Below, piece after piece: positions 1-12,269 of a stretch of DNA of 64,000 bases (positions are counted from its first letter, which is position 1; each line of letters begins with the position of its first letter). The DNA comes from Eledone cirrhosa (lineage: Eukaryota), in NCBI GenBank assembly GCA_964016885.1, contig OZ024759.1:13950001-14014000 (forward strand), given 5' to 3'. A program made the position numbers and the translations under genes. Below the pieces are notes generated by a model. The model was not told the DNA's origin. It made no database searches and worked only from the letters and a program-made list of their open reading frames with translations.

Positions 1-271
1 ATACGATAGCAATGTGAAATGAAGTGTTTTGCTCAAGAACACAACACTTAACCCAGTCCAAGAATCAAACCCATGACATTATGATCATAAGTGAAACACC
101 CTAACCACTAGAACACACACCTTCAAATATATATATATATATATATATTGTTATGCTTTGGGAGGGTCATGCTGCCAATAAAAACACACGCACCTGTTGG
201 ATTTCACTTCAATTTATTATAAATTTCCGGTTGGTTGGTTGGTTCGATAACCAGATGGTTGTTTATATATT

Positions 272-314
272 GTCAAAGCTCTTTCGTCACACATTCTGTG
301 ACCTCCTCAGTGAC
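272..314 (-). ncRNA. Type I hammerhead ribozyme (minimal stem III)
   Basis: GTCA CTGAGGA G GTCACA gaatg TGTGAC GAA AGAGCT T TGAC: 4-bp stem I, 6-bp stem II, CUU site. Confidence 0.65.
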
Positions 315-374
315 TAGGTTTTTATTTTCTGTCTCTCCTTTGTTCTGTCCTACACCATCTTGATTTTGTGTGTG

Positions 375-444
<70 letters not shown>

Positions 445-739
445 GAGAGAGAGAGAGTAGGAGAGAGAGAGAGAAAGATCTAGAGAGATAGATATGTAAA
501 AAGCACTAATCACGAGATGATACTGGGATTACTCAGATTCCATTAGGCAAGATATATCTTTGCACATCAATTTATCAAAACAGAATAGATAGATATGTAT
601 GTATGTATGTTTGTATATGCACACAACAGCCCATGTAGAAAAAAAATATATGACTTACCAATACATATTTCCACACATGGTTCTTCTCCAGAAAGATCTG
701 CAAAAATAAAAGAAAACAATATATATATGTATGTATGTA

Positions 740-770
<31 letters not shown>

Positions 771-1147
771 GTCAGGTCGCTCTCGAATGTTACTGGTAAC
801 ATGTAACCCAGTACAACCTGTCTCATGGTTGGGTCGTCGGCAACTAAACCAGCAACCTCACCAAGCTTGCTTGGTGAGGAGGGTGATATTTGGACACCCT
901 GCAGGATAAAATACAAGACCTGGCAAAGGGCGGAGGAACTCAGCAGAGTCAACGGCCATCCAAATAGTACTTTTTTCCCCCCACCTGGGAGTGAAAGCCC
1001 CCCACCCAGTTGTTGTCATAACACCTTTCTAAGAGAGGGAAACTCTGAAAAAAAAACTGCGGCTTCGGAAGCATCCAATGATGTTGACAAGTTCTCCTTT
1101 TCGGGTAGTGTTTTCGATGCTCAGAGAATGGGATTGGTCGAGTGGAG

Positions 1148-3486
1148 GGTAGTAGACTTAATCTGTCACCCAGTTTAACACCACCACCACCTGACCCTTG
1201 GGTGGTAGACTTAATCTGTCACCCAGTTTAACACCACCACCACCTGACCCTTGGGTGGTAGACTTAATCTGTCACCCAGTTTAACACCACCACCACCTGA
1301 CCCTTGGGTGGTAGACTTAATCTGTCACCCAGTTTAACACCACCACCACCTGACCCTTGGGTGGTAGACTTAATCTGTCACCCAGTTTAACACCACCACC
1401 ACCTGACCCTTGGGTGGTAGACTTAATCTGTCACCCAGTTTAACACCACCACCACCTGACCCTTGGGTGGTAGACTTAATCTGTCACCCAGTTTAACACC
1501 ACCACCACCTGACCCTTGGGTGGTAGACTTAATCTGTCACCCAGTTTAACACCACCTGACCCTTGGGTGGTAGCCTTAATCTGTCAACCAGTTTAAAACC
1601 ACCACCACTTGGGCCTTGGGTGGTAGACTTAATCTGTCACCCAGTTTAACACCACCACCTGACTTTTGGGTGGTAGACTTAATCTGTCACCCAGTTTAAC
1701 ACCACCACCACCTGACCCTTGGGTGGTAGACTTAATCTGTCACCCAGTTTAACACCACCACCTGACTTTTGGGTGGTAGACTTAATCTGTCACCCAGTTT
1801 AACACCACCACCACCTGACCCTTGGGTGGTAGACTTAATCTGTCACCCAGTTTAACACCACCACCACCTGACCCTTGGGTGGTAGACTTAATCTGTCACC
1901 CAGTTTAACACCACCTGACCCTTGGGTGGTAGCCTTAATCTGTCACCCAGTTTAACACCACCACCACCTGACCCTTGGGTGGTAGACTTAATCTGTCACC
2001 CAGTTTAACACCACCTGACCCTTGGGTGGTAGCCTTAATCTGTCAACCAGTTTAACACCACCACTTGGGCCTTGGGTGGTAGACTTAATCTGTCACCCAG
2101 TTTAACACCACCACCTGACTTTTGGGTGGTAGACTTAATCTGTCACCCAGTTTAAAACCACCACCTGACCCTTGGGTGGTAGACTTAATCTGTCACCCAG
2201 TTTAACACCACCACTTGGGCCTTGGGTGGTAAACTTAATCTGTCACCCAGTTTAACACCACCACCTGACCCTTGGGTGGTAGACTTAATCTGTCACCCAG
2301 TTTAACACCACCTGACCCTTGGGTGGTAGACTTAATCTGTCAACCAGTTTAACACCACCACCACCTGACCCTTGGGTGGTAGACTTAATCTGTCAACCAG
2401 TTTAACACCACCACCACCTGACCCTTGGGTGGTAGCCTTAATCTGTCAACCAGTTTAAAACCACCACCACTTGGGCCTTGGGTGGTAGACTTAATCTGTC
2501 ACCCAGTTTAACACCACCACTTGGGCCTTGGGTGGTAAACTTAATCTGTCACCCAGTTTAACACCACCACTTGGGCCTTGGGTGGTAGACTTAATCTGTC
2601 ACCCAGTTTAACACCACCACTTGGGCCTTGGGTGGTAGACTTAATCTGTCACCCAGTTTAACACCACCACCACCTGACCCTTGGGTGGTAGACTTAATCT
2701 GTCACCCAGTTTAACACCACCACTTGGGCCTTGGGTGGTAGACTTAATCTGTCACCCAGTTTAACACCACCACCACCTGACCCTTGGGTGGTAGCCTTAA
2801 TCTGTCAACCAGTTTAACACCACCACCACCTGGGCCTTGGGTGGTAGACTTAATCTGTCAACCAGTTTAACACCACCACCTGGGCCTTGGGTGGTAGACT
2901 TAATCTGTCAACCAGTTTAACACCACCACCTGGGCCTTGGGTGGTAGACTTAATCTGTCAACCAGTTTAACACCACCACCTGGGCCTTGGGTGGTAGACT
3001 TAATCTGTCACCCAGTTTAACACCACCACCTGGGCCTTGGGTGGTAAACTTAATCTGTCACCCAGTTTAACACCACCACCTGGGCCTTGGGTGGTAAACT
3101 TAATCTGTCACCCAGTTTAACACCACCACCTGGGCCTTGGGTGGTAGACTTAATCTGTCACCCAGTTTAACACCACCACCACCTGACTTTTGGGTGGTAG
3201 ACTTAATCTGTCACCCAGTTTAACACCACCACCACCTGACCCTTGGGTGGTAGACTTAATCTGTCAACCAGTTTAACACCACCACCACCTGACCCTTGGG
3301 TGGTAGACTTAATCTGTCACCCAGTTTAACACCACCACCTGACCCTTGGGTGGTAGACTTAATCTGTCACCCAGTTTAACACCACCACCTGACCCTTGGG
3401 TGGTAGACTTAATCTGTCAACCAGTTTAACACCACCACCACCTGACCCTTGGGTGGTAGACTTAATCTGTCACCCAGTTTAACACC
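1148..3486. repeat. Minisatellite, 47-53-bp unit, about 45 copies
   Basis: ggtagacttaatctgtcacccagtttaa(cac)2-4ctgacccttgggt. Confidence 0.97.
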
Positions 3487-3705
3487 ATCAACACATGACC
3501 CAGCCAGCTCACTCCATTTGCTTCACAACAACCATCACTGGCTCTATTCCTCTCTCACCCAGTCACTTTCATCCTTCCTCAACATATGACGCAGTCATCT
3601 CATGATATGATGAGTATAACAACAACATAAGCCAAACACCAACCAACCAACCAACCAATAATACAGCAACACAGGCTGAACCCAAGTTTGAACTCTCTGA
3701 TTTAC

Positions 3706-3909
3706 CTGGAGGGTTGGTGGAGCATGTATCTTGTTGAGGCATTCGGTCAAGTGGATCGTGTCCAGTTTTACTGACCAGCTGTTCCCGTAAACTCTGTAGT
3801 TGCATCTTAAGACACTCGTAACTGGCAATGTGTAATGTCTGAATCCATTGGTCTCTCTCTTCTTCTGTCCGGGTAGCGAAATGGACTGGGTTCTCATCTC
3901 CTTCATACA
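3706..3909 (-). CDS. Coding exon 4 of INPP4-like gene (PH C-terminal helix); gene continues left of window
   Basis: gagcag| (V)YEGDENPVHFATRTEEERDQWIQTLHIASYECLKMQLQSLREQLVSKTGHDPLDRMPQQDTCSTNPP |gtaaat; contains the PH Trp helix and the ASYE...TGxDPL motif shared by INPP4/PLEKHJ1-type domains. Confidence 0.88.
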
Positions 3910-4189
3910 CTGCTCGTAGAAAAAAACATAGAGAATCAGTTAATCATAATCATCATCATCATCATCATCATCATCTTCAACATCAACATAGAGTATTCAT
4001 ATTTAACATCATCATCATCATCATTGCCATTGTCGTCATCATCATCAACATCGCCATCACCCCCATCGCCATCATCATCATGATCGTCACCATCATTATC
4101 ACCATCATCATCATTACCACTATCAGCATCAGCATCATCATCATCATCATCACCAGTTTTATGTCTGTCATTCCAGGTGGCAAATTGTC

Positions 4190-4940
4190 AGTTATAACAG
4201 CATAAATGTAATGCTTTAGTATTTCTATTTATATTTATCTATAATATTTACCTAAAATATAATTTTATATAAGAACCTTTATGTTATGTTCCAAACACTA
4301 GCTTAATAATGAGAAAGTTACTTATATAACTAAATCTCATCAAGTTTTTCTTATGTTCAAAATTATTTGAAAAGGATAGGTAGTGCCTTTCATTAGAAAT
4401 ATGGTAATGACAGAGTTAATGACATAGACAGTGTCTTTCATTAGAAATATGGTAATGACAGAGTTAATTACATAGACAGTGTCTTTCATTAGAAATATGG
4501 TAATGACAGAGTTAATTACATAGACAGTGTCTTTCATTAGAAATATGGTAATGACAGAGTTAATTACATAGACAGTGCCTTTCATTAGAAATATGGTAAT
4601 GGAAGGGTTAAAGACTTAGGTAGTGCCTTTCATTAGAAATATGGTAATGAAAGGGTTAATGACATAGACAGTGCCTTTCATTAGAAATATGGTAATGGAA
4701 GGGTTAATGACATAGACAGTGTCTTTCATTAGAAATATGGTAATGAAAGGGTTAATGACATAGACAGTGCCTTTCATTAGAAATATGGTAATGAAAGGGT
4801 TAATGACATAGACAGTGTCTTTCATTAGAAATATGGTAATGAAAGGGTTAATGACATAGACTGTGTCTTTCATTAGAAATATGGTAATGACAGAGTTAAT
4901 GACTTAGTTAGTGCCTTTCATTAGAAATATGGTAATGGTT
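4190..4940. repeat. TTAA-CCCTT-ended element with 48-bp terminal tandem array (4380-4940); inverted paralog 16090-16540
   Basis: Unit gtgtctttcattagaaatatggtaatgaaagggttaatgacatagaca. Confidence 0.85.
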
Positions 4941-5058
4941 AAAGTGAAAGAACTCCTATAAGACCTGTACAAAAGGTTTGTGATCATAAATGCTGACAGG
5001 AAGCCAAAGACAAGATATTGTTGAGAACCCAGGAAAATAAGGGTTAATAACAACTTAC

Positions 5059-5146
5059 CGAGCATAAATCCATGTAAGTGATCATCATCGGTGTCTAACT
5101 CTACTGTACATCTCTCAATTATCAATACACCCAGTGGATCTGTGTT
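5059..5146 (-). CDS. Coding exon 3 of INPP4-like PH-domain gene
   Basis: tttcag| NTDPLGVLIIERCTVELDTDDDHLHGFML |gtaagt; phase 0 in, phase 1 out, in frame with both neighbours. Confidence 0.9.
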
Positions 5147-5179
5147 CTGAAATTAAACAAATAGCTGACTGTATCATAC

Positions 5180-5575
5180 ATTGCCCCAGCATGGCCATAA
5201 TCAAATGAAGCTAGTAAAATAATAAAAGAATGTGGTGCCCCAGCATGGCCACAGTCTAGTCACTGAAACCAATACAATAATATGATGCCCCAGCATGGCC
5301 ACAATCTAATGAATGAAACCAATAAAAGTATGATGCCCCAGCATGGCCACAGTTGAGAGACTGAAACCAGTAAAAGAATGTGGTGTCCCAGCATGGCCAG
5401 AGTCCAATAATTGAAACTAGTAAAAGAATGCGGAGCCCAACATGGCCACAGTCTAATAACTGAATCCAATACAATAATATGATGCCCCAACATGGCCAGT
5501 CTAATGACTGAATCCAATGCAATATGATGCCCCAGCATGGCCACCATCTAATAATTGAAAGCTATACAATAATAT
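5180..5575 (+). repeat. About 55-60-bp tandem array of a SINE-tail-like module
   Basis: tgccccagcatggccacagtctaat.actgaaacca.ta; single copies at 28660-28680 (-), 34533-34555 and 54130-54150 (-). Confidence 0.85.
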
Positions 5576-5597
5576 ATATAGTGAAAGAATGTATAAG

Positions 5598-6745
5598 AGG
5601 GTAAACTCTCCAAATATCGGTCGCTCTCCGACAGGTTTATAGTGAAGCCCATAGCAGTGGAGACTTCTGGTGTCCTTGGCCCTAGAGCCACCTTCCTACT
5701 CCCCACCATCAGTGCAGACCTGACTAACCGCAGGAGTGATCCTCGTGAGCTGGAATCACCCTTCCAGCGCATCTCCCTCACCATCCTCCGGGGAAACACC
5801 TTCTCTATTCTGACCGCCAGAGCCACGGGGGCAGCCAGCGCGTGTGACCCCATTTTTTCATAATAGTGAGAGATGGGGAGAGCAGGAGAGACAGAGACAG
5901 AGGCAGTGAGAGTTTGGTTCCTCTGTGTCCAGACCTGGTGTATATGAGAGATGGGGAGAGAAGGAGAGACAGAGGCAGTGAGAGTTTGGTTCCTCTGTGT
6001 CCAGACCTGGTGTATATGAGAGATGGAGGCCATGACAGTGGGAGTTTGGTTCCTCTGTGTCCAGACCTGGTGTATATGAGAGATGGAGGCCATGACAGTG
6101 GGAGTTTGGTTCCTCTGTGTCCAGACCTGGTGTATATGAGAGATGGAGGCCATGACAGTGGGAGTTTGGTTCCTCTGTGTCCAGACCTGGTGTATATGAG
6201 AGATGGAGGCCATGACAGTGGGAGTTTGGTTCCTCTGTGTCCAGACCTGGTGTATATGAGAGATGGAGGCCATGACAGTGGGAGTTTGGTTCCTCTGTGT
6301 CCAGACCTGGTGTATATGAGAGATGGAGGCCATGACAGTGGGAGTTTGGTTCCTCTGTGTCCAGACTGGTGTACATGAGAGATGGGGAGGGTGGGAGAGA
6401 TGGAGGCCATGACAGTGGGAGTTTGGTTCCTCTGTGTCCAGACCTGGTGTATATGAGAGATGGAGGCCATGACAGTGGGAGTTTGGTTCCTCTGTGTCCA
6501 GACTGGTGTACATGAGAGATGGGGAGGGTGGGAGAGATGGAGGCCATGACAGTGGGAGTTTGGTTCCTCTGTGTCCAGACCTGGTGTACATGAGAGATGG
6601 GGAGGGTGGGAGAGATGGAGGCCATGACAGTGGGAGTTTGGTTCCTCTGTGTCCAGACTGGTGTATATGAGAGATGGGGAGGGTGGGAGAGATGGAGGCC
6701 ATGACAGTGGGAGTTTGGTTCCTCTGTGTTCAGACCTGGTGTACA
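5598..6745 (+). mobile_element. CRE-like non-LTR retrotransposon 3' end (RLE domain) with tandemly amplified 3' UTR
   Basis: KLSKYRSLSDRFIVKPIAVETSGVLGP...DPRE...FQRISLTILRGN is a restriction-like endonuclease C-terminus; 5867-6745 consists of 60/77-bp units ending at (TG)n. Confidence 0.75.
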
Positions 6746-6805
6746 TGTGTGTGTGTATTTTTACAGTATAACAATATAAAATGATATATATAAATATATA
6801 CATAC

Positions 6806-6873
6806 TGTGAACTCTTTACTCTTGAAATAAAACAGCATGTTTCCCTTCAGCCTACAGAACCGTTCAACAAAGG
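6806..6873 (-). CDS. Coding exon 2 of INPP4-like PH-domain gene
   Basis: ttgacag| (A)FVERFCRLKGNMLFYFKSKEFT |gtatg; phase 1 in, phase 0 out; classic PH beta2-beta3 motif R-x-x-x-L-K-G-N-x-L-F-Y-F. Absent from the ORF track. Confidence 0.9.
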
Positions 6874-7113
6874 CTGTCAAAAATAGAAGAATTACTAGAT
6901 TTAGACAAACATACAACTATGTATTTATGTTTGTGTGTATATATGTATGCGTAGATGCATATGTATGTATGGCTGTATATGTGTGTGTGTGTATACATGT
7001 ACACACACACACATATATATATATATATGTATTTAAAAGGTAAATAACAACACAATCGGTACAGTATATGGAAGGAATATGTTAGGTTAATGCTTGAAAT
7101 AGCAGGAAGAGGG

Positions 7114-7149
7114 TCTTAACATTTTGGATGCTAGTCCTTCATCAGAAGA
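7114..7149 (-). ncRNA. Decayed minimal hammerhead in TA-flanked element (7030-7175); paralog at 62313-62345
   Basis: TCTT CTGATGA A GGAC tagc ATCC AAAATGTT AAGA; the paralog has GTCC GAAACGTT but lacks TGA of the core. The two-copy consensus is a complete fold. Confidence 0.5.
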
Positions 7150-7492
7150 AAGAATGAGAAATAAAATAGATGTAAACTATATATATATATAAATATATAC
7201 AGAGAGAGAGAGAAATATAGCCTTATTCAGTTTCCGTTAGAGTAATCAATTAATTTGATTATGTAGCAAGATTCAGAGGCCACTCACAGCAGTGTTTTAC
7301 TCAATAATCGAATTATTTCATATGGCAAATTCAGTGGTAGTTCCACTAAAGGTTCTAGTCAAATGTTAGCGATCTTAGACTGATATGTTATACAAACAAT
7401 GAAACACGTGTCAGTATTATGCAATGAATGTTATTCCTTCTCTTCTGGATTGTGATATTTTAAATAATAATTTTGTAAATTATATATATATA

Positions 7493-8386
7493 CCAACAGT
7501 GGTACCCGGCGTTGCACGGGATAAGGTATTTTGGAACACGGGCTGCCAATAGACCTAAAAACTGCATGCCTGGACAATATGTTAAGAAAATAAACCGAAT
7601 ACTCTGATGGCTGGATAATCTTTAAGATTTTCCTCGATGAAGCAGAAAAAATGCAGGTTTTTACGTAATGCGGGCCCTAGGGGATCAAGAAAATGAATTT
7701 TTTTTATGTGCATAATATGTCTTGAAATTTCGGGAAAATCGGCTAGACTCCAAAAAGCCCTAAAAAGCTGAAAAAATGAAGTTTTTCACCTAATGCGGGC
7801 CCTAGGCCATAAGAAAGTTGGATTTTCTTTGCTTACGGTATAAAGAAGAGACTGACTAATACATAGTTACAATTTCAAGGAAATCGGTCTGACATAACGC
7901 CGCAAAACACCCCTAAAAATGTTAAACAACGCAGTTTTTCACCTAATGCGGGCCCTAGGAGATAAAAAAAAGTTGAATTTTTTTATGTGCATAACACTCC
8001 CTGAAACATAATATACATGTAAAATTTGAAAAAAATCGGTTGGGTACTTCTCGAGTTTTAGGGTTTCAAACTCACACACATACACACACACACATCCTCA
8101 AGGAAGTGACGTAATGCAGACAGTCAGACAGTGACGTAATACAGACAGATATTGTAAGGGCGCGACGTTATAAGTATGTATCTATCTAAAAAGAGAAAGA
8201 CTAAGAATTATAGAGCGATATCGCTAAATGGCCTAATGTGGTCCCTGGGGCATAGAAAATTTGAAAATTTTTTGCTCAGAACACTCCATGAAACATAAGT
8301 ATTACATGTGTAAAGTTTGAAAACAGTTGGTTGGGTGGTTCTCGAGTTTTAGGGATTCAAACTCACAGACAGACATCCTCAGTTTT
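7493..8386 (-). mobile_element. Non-autonomous Helitron with about 140-bp internal repeats
   Basis: Terminal acccggcgttgcacggg hairpin as at 50411; internal repeats of ctaatgcgggccctagg; 5' end abuts an RTE tail. Confidence 0.7.
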
Positions 8387-9133
8387 ATCATCATCATCAT
8401 CATCATCGTTTAACGTCCCTGTTCCACGCTTGCATGGGTTTGGACGGGGGTTTTCCCACTTGAGGCAAGAGTGGTTGTCTTGCTCGCATAGGACTGTCTG
8501 GCAGGTTTTCTACAGCTGGATGCCCTTCCTAACACCAACCACATTTACAGTGTGGGACTGGGAGGTTTTTACCGTGTTGCCTACACGGCCACATTACAGC
8601 GTGGACTGTCTGGCGGGTTTTCTACGGCTGGATGCCCTTCCTAACACCAACCACATTTACAGTGTGGGACTGGGAGGTTTTTACTGTGTTGCCTACACGG
8701 CCACATTACAGCGTGGACTGTCTGGCGTGTTTTCTACAGCTGGATGCCCTTCCTAACACCAACCACATTTACAGTGTGGGGCTGGGAGGTTTTTACCGTG
8801 TTGCCTACACGGTCACATTACAGCGTGGACTGTCTGGCGTGTTTTCTACAGCTGGATGCCCTTCCTAACACCAACCACATTTACAGTGTGGGACTGGGAG
8901 GTTTTTACCGTGTTGCCTACACGGTCACATTACAGCGTGGACTGTGTGTTTTTTTGTCGTGACACCTACACGATCTCATTTGTTTCGGCCTGGATGTTGT
9001 GGCACCAACATAACTTTACATTGAAGGGGGCGGTGTGGATGGGGTGGGACGGGGGTGTATTTTGTTAGAGATGCCTACTGACTAGTAGGTTTTACTTTGT
9101 ATTTAGGTAAGGCGGGTCTTCTCTGTTACTGTT
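8387..9133 (-). mobile_element. Same RTE family, 3' UTR only, 4 x 112-bp unit
   Basis: Near-identical to 21094-22305; truncates a few codons into the ORF end. Further copies at 47650-47805 and 49030-49278. Confidence 0.9.
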
Positions 9134-9507
9134 TATATATATAGATAATATTACATATGAAATAATATACAAAGCATAACTTATAACATACACACTGATA
9201 TATATGTGTGTGTTTGTGTGTGTTTCTACATTCACATATATAAACATGTTTGTGTGTGTAGTGTTTTTTAGTGTGTGTGTCATAAGTTATGCTTTGCATA
9301 TTTTTTGGCAAGATTTTTTCTCACTGGATCCCCTTCCTATCACCAACCACTTTACAGCATGGACTGAGAGTATTTTATCCTATCACCAGCAATAGAGAGG
9401 TTATCCTCTCTATTCTGCATCACTTTTTATTCAGCATAACTGCTCTCTTAGGGAATTTGCATTCATTATGATATACAGAGCTCAAATTTACCTTGTGCAG
9501 TTTTATT

Positions 9508-9876
9508 TACCTGGAATGACGACTCTTCGAAATGGGTTGCCTTCCCTCTGGCTTACAGAGCCTACATTTACCTAAAATGACGACTCTTCGAGATGGGTTG
9601 CCTTCCCTCTGGCTTACAGAGCCTACATTTACCTAAAATGACGACTCTTCGAGATGGGTTGCCTTCCCTCTGGCTTACAGAGCCTACATTTACCTAAAAT
9701 GACGACTCTTCGAGATGGGTTGCCTTCCCTCTGGCTTACAGAGCCTACATTTACCTAAAATGACGACTCTTCGAGATGGGTTGCCTTCCCTCTGGCTTAC
9801 AGAGCCTACATTTACCTGGAATGACTACTCTTCGAGATGGGTTGCCTTCCCTGTGGCTTACAGAACCCACATTTAC
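9508..9876. repeat. 61-bp tandem repeat x6
   Basis: tacctaaaatgacgactcttcgagatgggttgccttccctctggcttacagagcctacatt. Confidence 0.95.
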
Positions 9877-10000
9877 TCCACATTGTGCATGATTATTAAC
9901 ATTCAAGGCAAATTTCTACAGCTGGATGACCTTCCTGATGCCAACCCATACTTTACAATATGGTATTAAAAGAAAAGGCAATGATATATCAAAGAAAAAT

Positions 10001-10148
10001 TATGAGAGTCGGCTGAAAAGTTCATAGGCTCACCAAGTTACTCTCATGGAATGATCAAGAAGAGTTGAAATTAATGCAAGAATGTTTTCACAGCTCTAGC
10101 ATCACTCATTCATAGTCAGTCTCTGAACTTTTCAACCAACCTTTGTAT
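10001..10148. mobile_element. Tc1/mariner-type MITE (paralog 44336-44525)
   Basis: TA-bounded imperfect TIR tatgagagtcggctgaaaagttca / tgaacttttcaaccaacctttgta. Confidence 0.7.
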
Positions 10149-10157
10149 ATTGCTTAC

Positions 10158-10275
10158 CTTCTCCTTTCTTAAAAAGACCATCCTGTTTGTCCTTCATCCA
10201 TACAATGCCTTCTTTATCAAACTTTGTGTTCGTCTGCAAGGAGAGGCTCGCCAGAGCCTTGCTGTTGAATCGCAT
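10158..10275 (-). CDS. Coding exon 1 of INPP4-like (type I inositol-3,4-bisphosphate 4-phosphatase) gene, PH domain start
   Basis: Reads MRFNSKALASLSLQTNTKFDKEGIVWMKDKQDGLFKKGE; acceptor ttaag at 10286-10290 (exon starts 10285), donor AG|gtaagc at 10157, phase 1. The MRFN...FDKEG start resembles invertebrate INPP4 and PLEKHJ1-type PH proteins. Confidence 0.85.
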
Positions 10276-10547
10276 GGTTTCAGATCTTAAAAAGAAAGAA
10301 TACAGAATATTTTACATATTTGGTTGTTGTTGTTAGTGTTGGTGACATGATGGACCACCCATGTCACCTTCTGGTCTCCACGAGGTCACACAAGAAACTG
10401 AGGCCAGCAGAAGACCAGATGGCAAGATGACCAAGAAAAAAATTGAAAAATGTTGGCCATGAATGGCTCAGGATTGACAAAGATAGTGCAGCTTGGGGAA
10501 GGCCTATGTCCAACAGAATGGCCATGGCTCAAGATAATGATGACATG

Positions 10548-11745
10548 TACAGTGGTTTTGCTGGTGCCACAATAAAATACACCCAGTACACTCTGTAAAG
10601 TGGTAGTGCTGGCGCCACAATAAAATACACCAAGTACACTCTGTAAAGTGGTTTTGCTGGTGCCACAATAAAAATACACCCAGTACACTCTGTAAAGTGG
10701 TAGTGCTGGTGTCACAATAAAATACACCCAGTACACTCTGTAAAGTGATAGTGCTGGTGTCACAATAAAACACACCCAATACACTCTGTAAAGTGGTAGT
10801 GCTGGCGCCACAATAAAATACACCAAGTACACTCTGTAAAGTGGTAGTGCTGGTGTCACAATAAAACACACCCAATACACTCTGTAAAGTGGTAGTGCTG
10901 GTGTCACAATAAAACACACCCAATACACTCTGTAAAGTGGTAGTGCTGGTGTCACAATAAAACACACCCAATACACTCTGTAAAGTGGTAGTGCTGGTGT
11001 CACAATAAAACACACCCAATACACTCTGTAAAGTGGTAGTGCTGGTGTCACAATAAAACACACCCAATACACTCTGTAAAGTGGTATTGCTGGTGTCACA
11101 ATAAAACACACCCAATACACTCTGTAAAGTGGTATTGCTGGTGTCACAATAAAACACACCCAATACACTCTGTAAAGTGGTAGTGCTGGTGTCACAATAA
11201 AACACACCCAATACATTCTGTAAAGTGGTAGTGCTGGTGCCACAACACAATACACCCAGTACACTCTGTAAAGTGGTAGTGCTAGTGCCACAATAAAATA
11301 CACCCAGTACATTCTGTAAAGTGGTAGTGCTGGTGCCTCAATAAAATACACCCAGTACATTCTGTAAAGTGGTAGTGCTGGTGCCATAATAAAATATACC
11401 CAGTACACTCTGTAAAGTGGTAGTGCTTGTGCCACAACACAATACACCCAGTACACTCTGTAAAGTGGTAGTGCTTGTGCCACAACACAATACACCCAGT
11501 ACACTCTGTAAAGTGGTAGTGCTAGTGCCACAATAAAATACACCCAGTACACTCTGTAAAGTGATAGTGCTAGTGCCTCAATAAAATACACCCAGTACAT
11601 TCTGTAAAGTGGTAGTGCTGGTGCCATAATAAAATATACCCAGTACACTCTGTAAAGTGGTAGTGCTTGTGCCACAACACAATACACCCAGTACACTCTG
11701 TAAAGTGATAGTGCTAGTGCCACAATAAAATACACCCAGTACATG
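10548..11745. repeat. 48-bp tandem repeat, about 25 copies, from an RTE/SINE module
   Basis: tacactctgtaaagtggtagtgctggtgtcacaataaaacacacccaa. Confidence 0.95.
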
Positions 11746-11989
11746 CTGTATGCCACGATATGAGAGGTTTTCACCCAGTTCCCATCTAATAAATTTTACT
11801 CCAAGAATTGGCCTGCCTAAAGCTATTAAAGAAGATATTTGCTCAGAGGGTCACCATACAGCAAATTTGATCTTGGGACTATGTGGCTGTGAAACAAATT
11901 ATGTTAACCATCCAGCCTTCTCTGCACCTCGCATATAACCTCTTATAAATATACTGTTAGACTAATACTTTGGCAAATGAGGACTAGAT

Positions 11990-12210
11990 TAATTATTCAC
12001 TGCGATATTGTTGTGGACTGTTATTCACTGTGACACTGTTGTGGACAGTTATTCACTGCGACACTGATGTGGACTGTTATTCATTGCTACACTACTGTAG
12101 ACAGTTATTCACTGCGACATTACTGTGGACTTATTTACTGCGACACTACTGTGGACTGTTATTCATTGCTTCACTGTTGTGGACAGTTCTTCACTGCGAC
12201 ACTACTGTGG
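11990..12210. repeat. About 29-bp diverged tandem repeat
   Basis: tgtggactgttattcactgcgacactac. Confidence 0.85.
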
Positions 12211-12269
12211 AATGGGCTTTACTAAGGTTTCAAAACTTGGTGGTAAAATATCTCATCTAGGGACCATCG

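Noticed and set aside
770-1147. ORFs 575-952 and 825-1178; possible next INPP4 exon or HDV-like ribozyme
   Set aside because: No C2 or phosphatase similarity recognised, and I could not build a nested double pseudoknot by eye; probably a retroelement 5' fragment.
1148-3486. CRISPR-like regular array
   Set aside because: Whole units repeat with no unique spacers, no cas genes, eukaryotic context; it is a minisatellite.
5548-6803. Overlapping 255-384-aa ORFs
   Set aside because: Products of the amplified CRE 3'-UTR array.
10386-11774. 462-aa repetitive hydrophobic ORF, same strand and just upstream of the INPP4-like ATG exon
   Set aside because: Translation of a 48-bp TE-derived tandem repeat.
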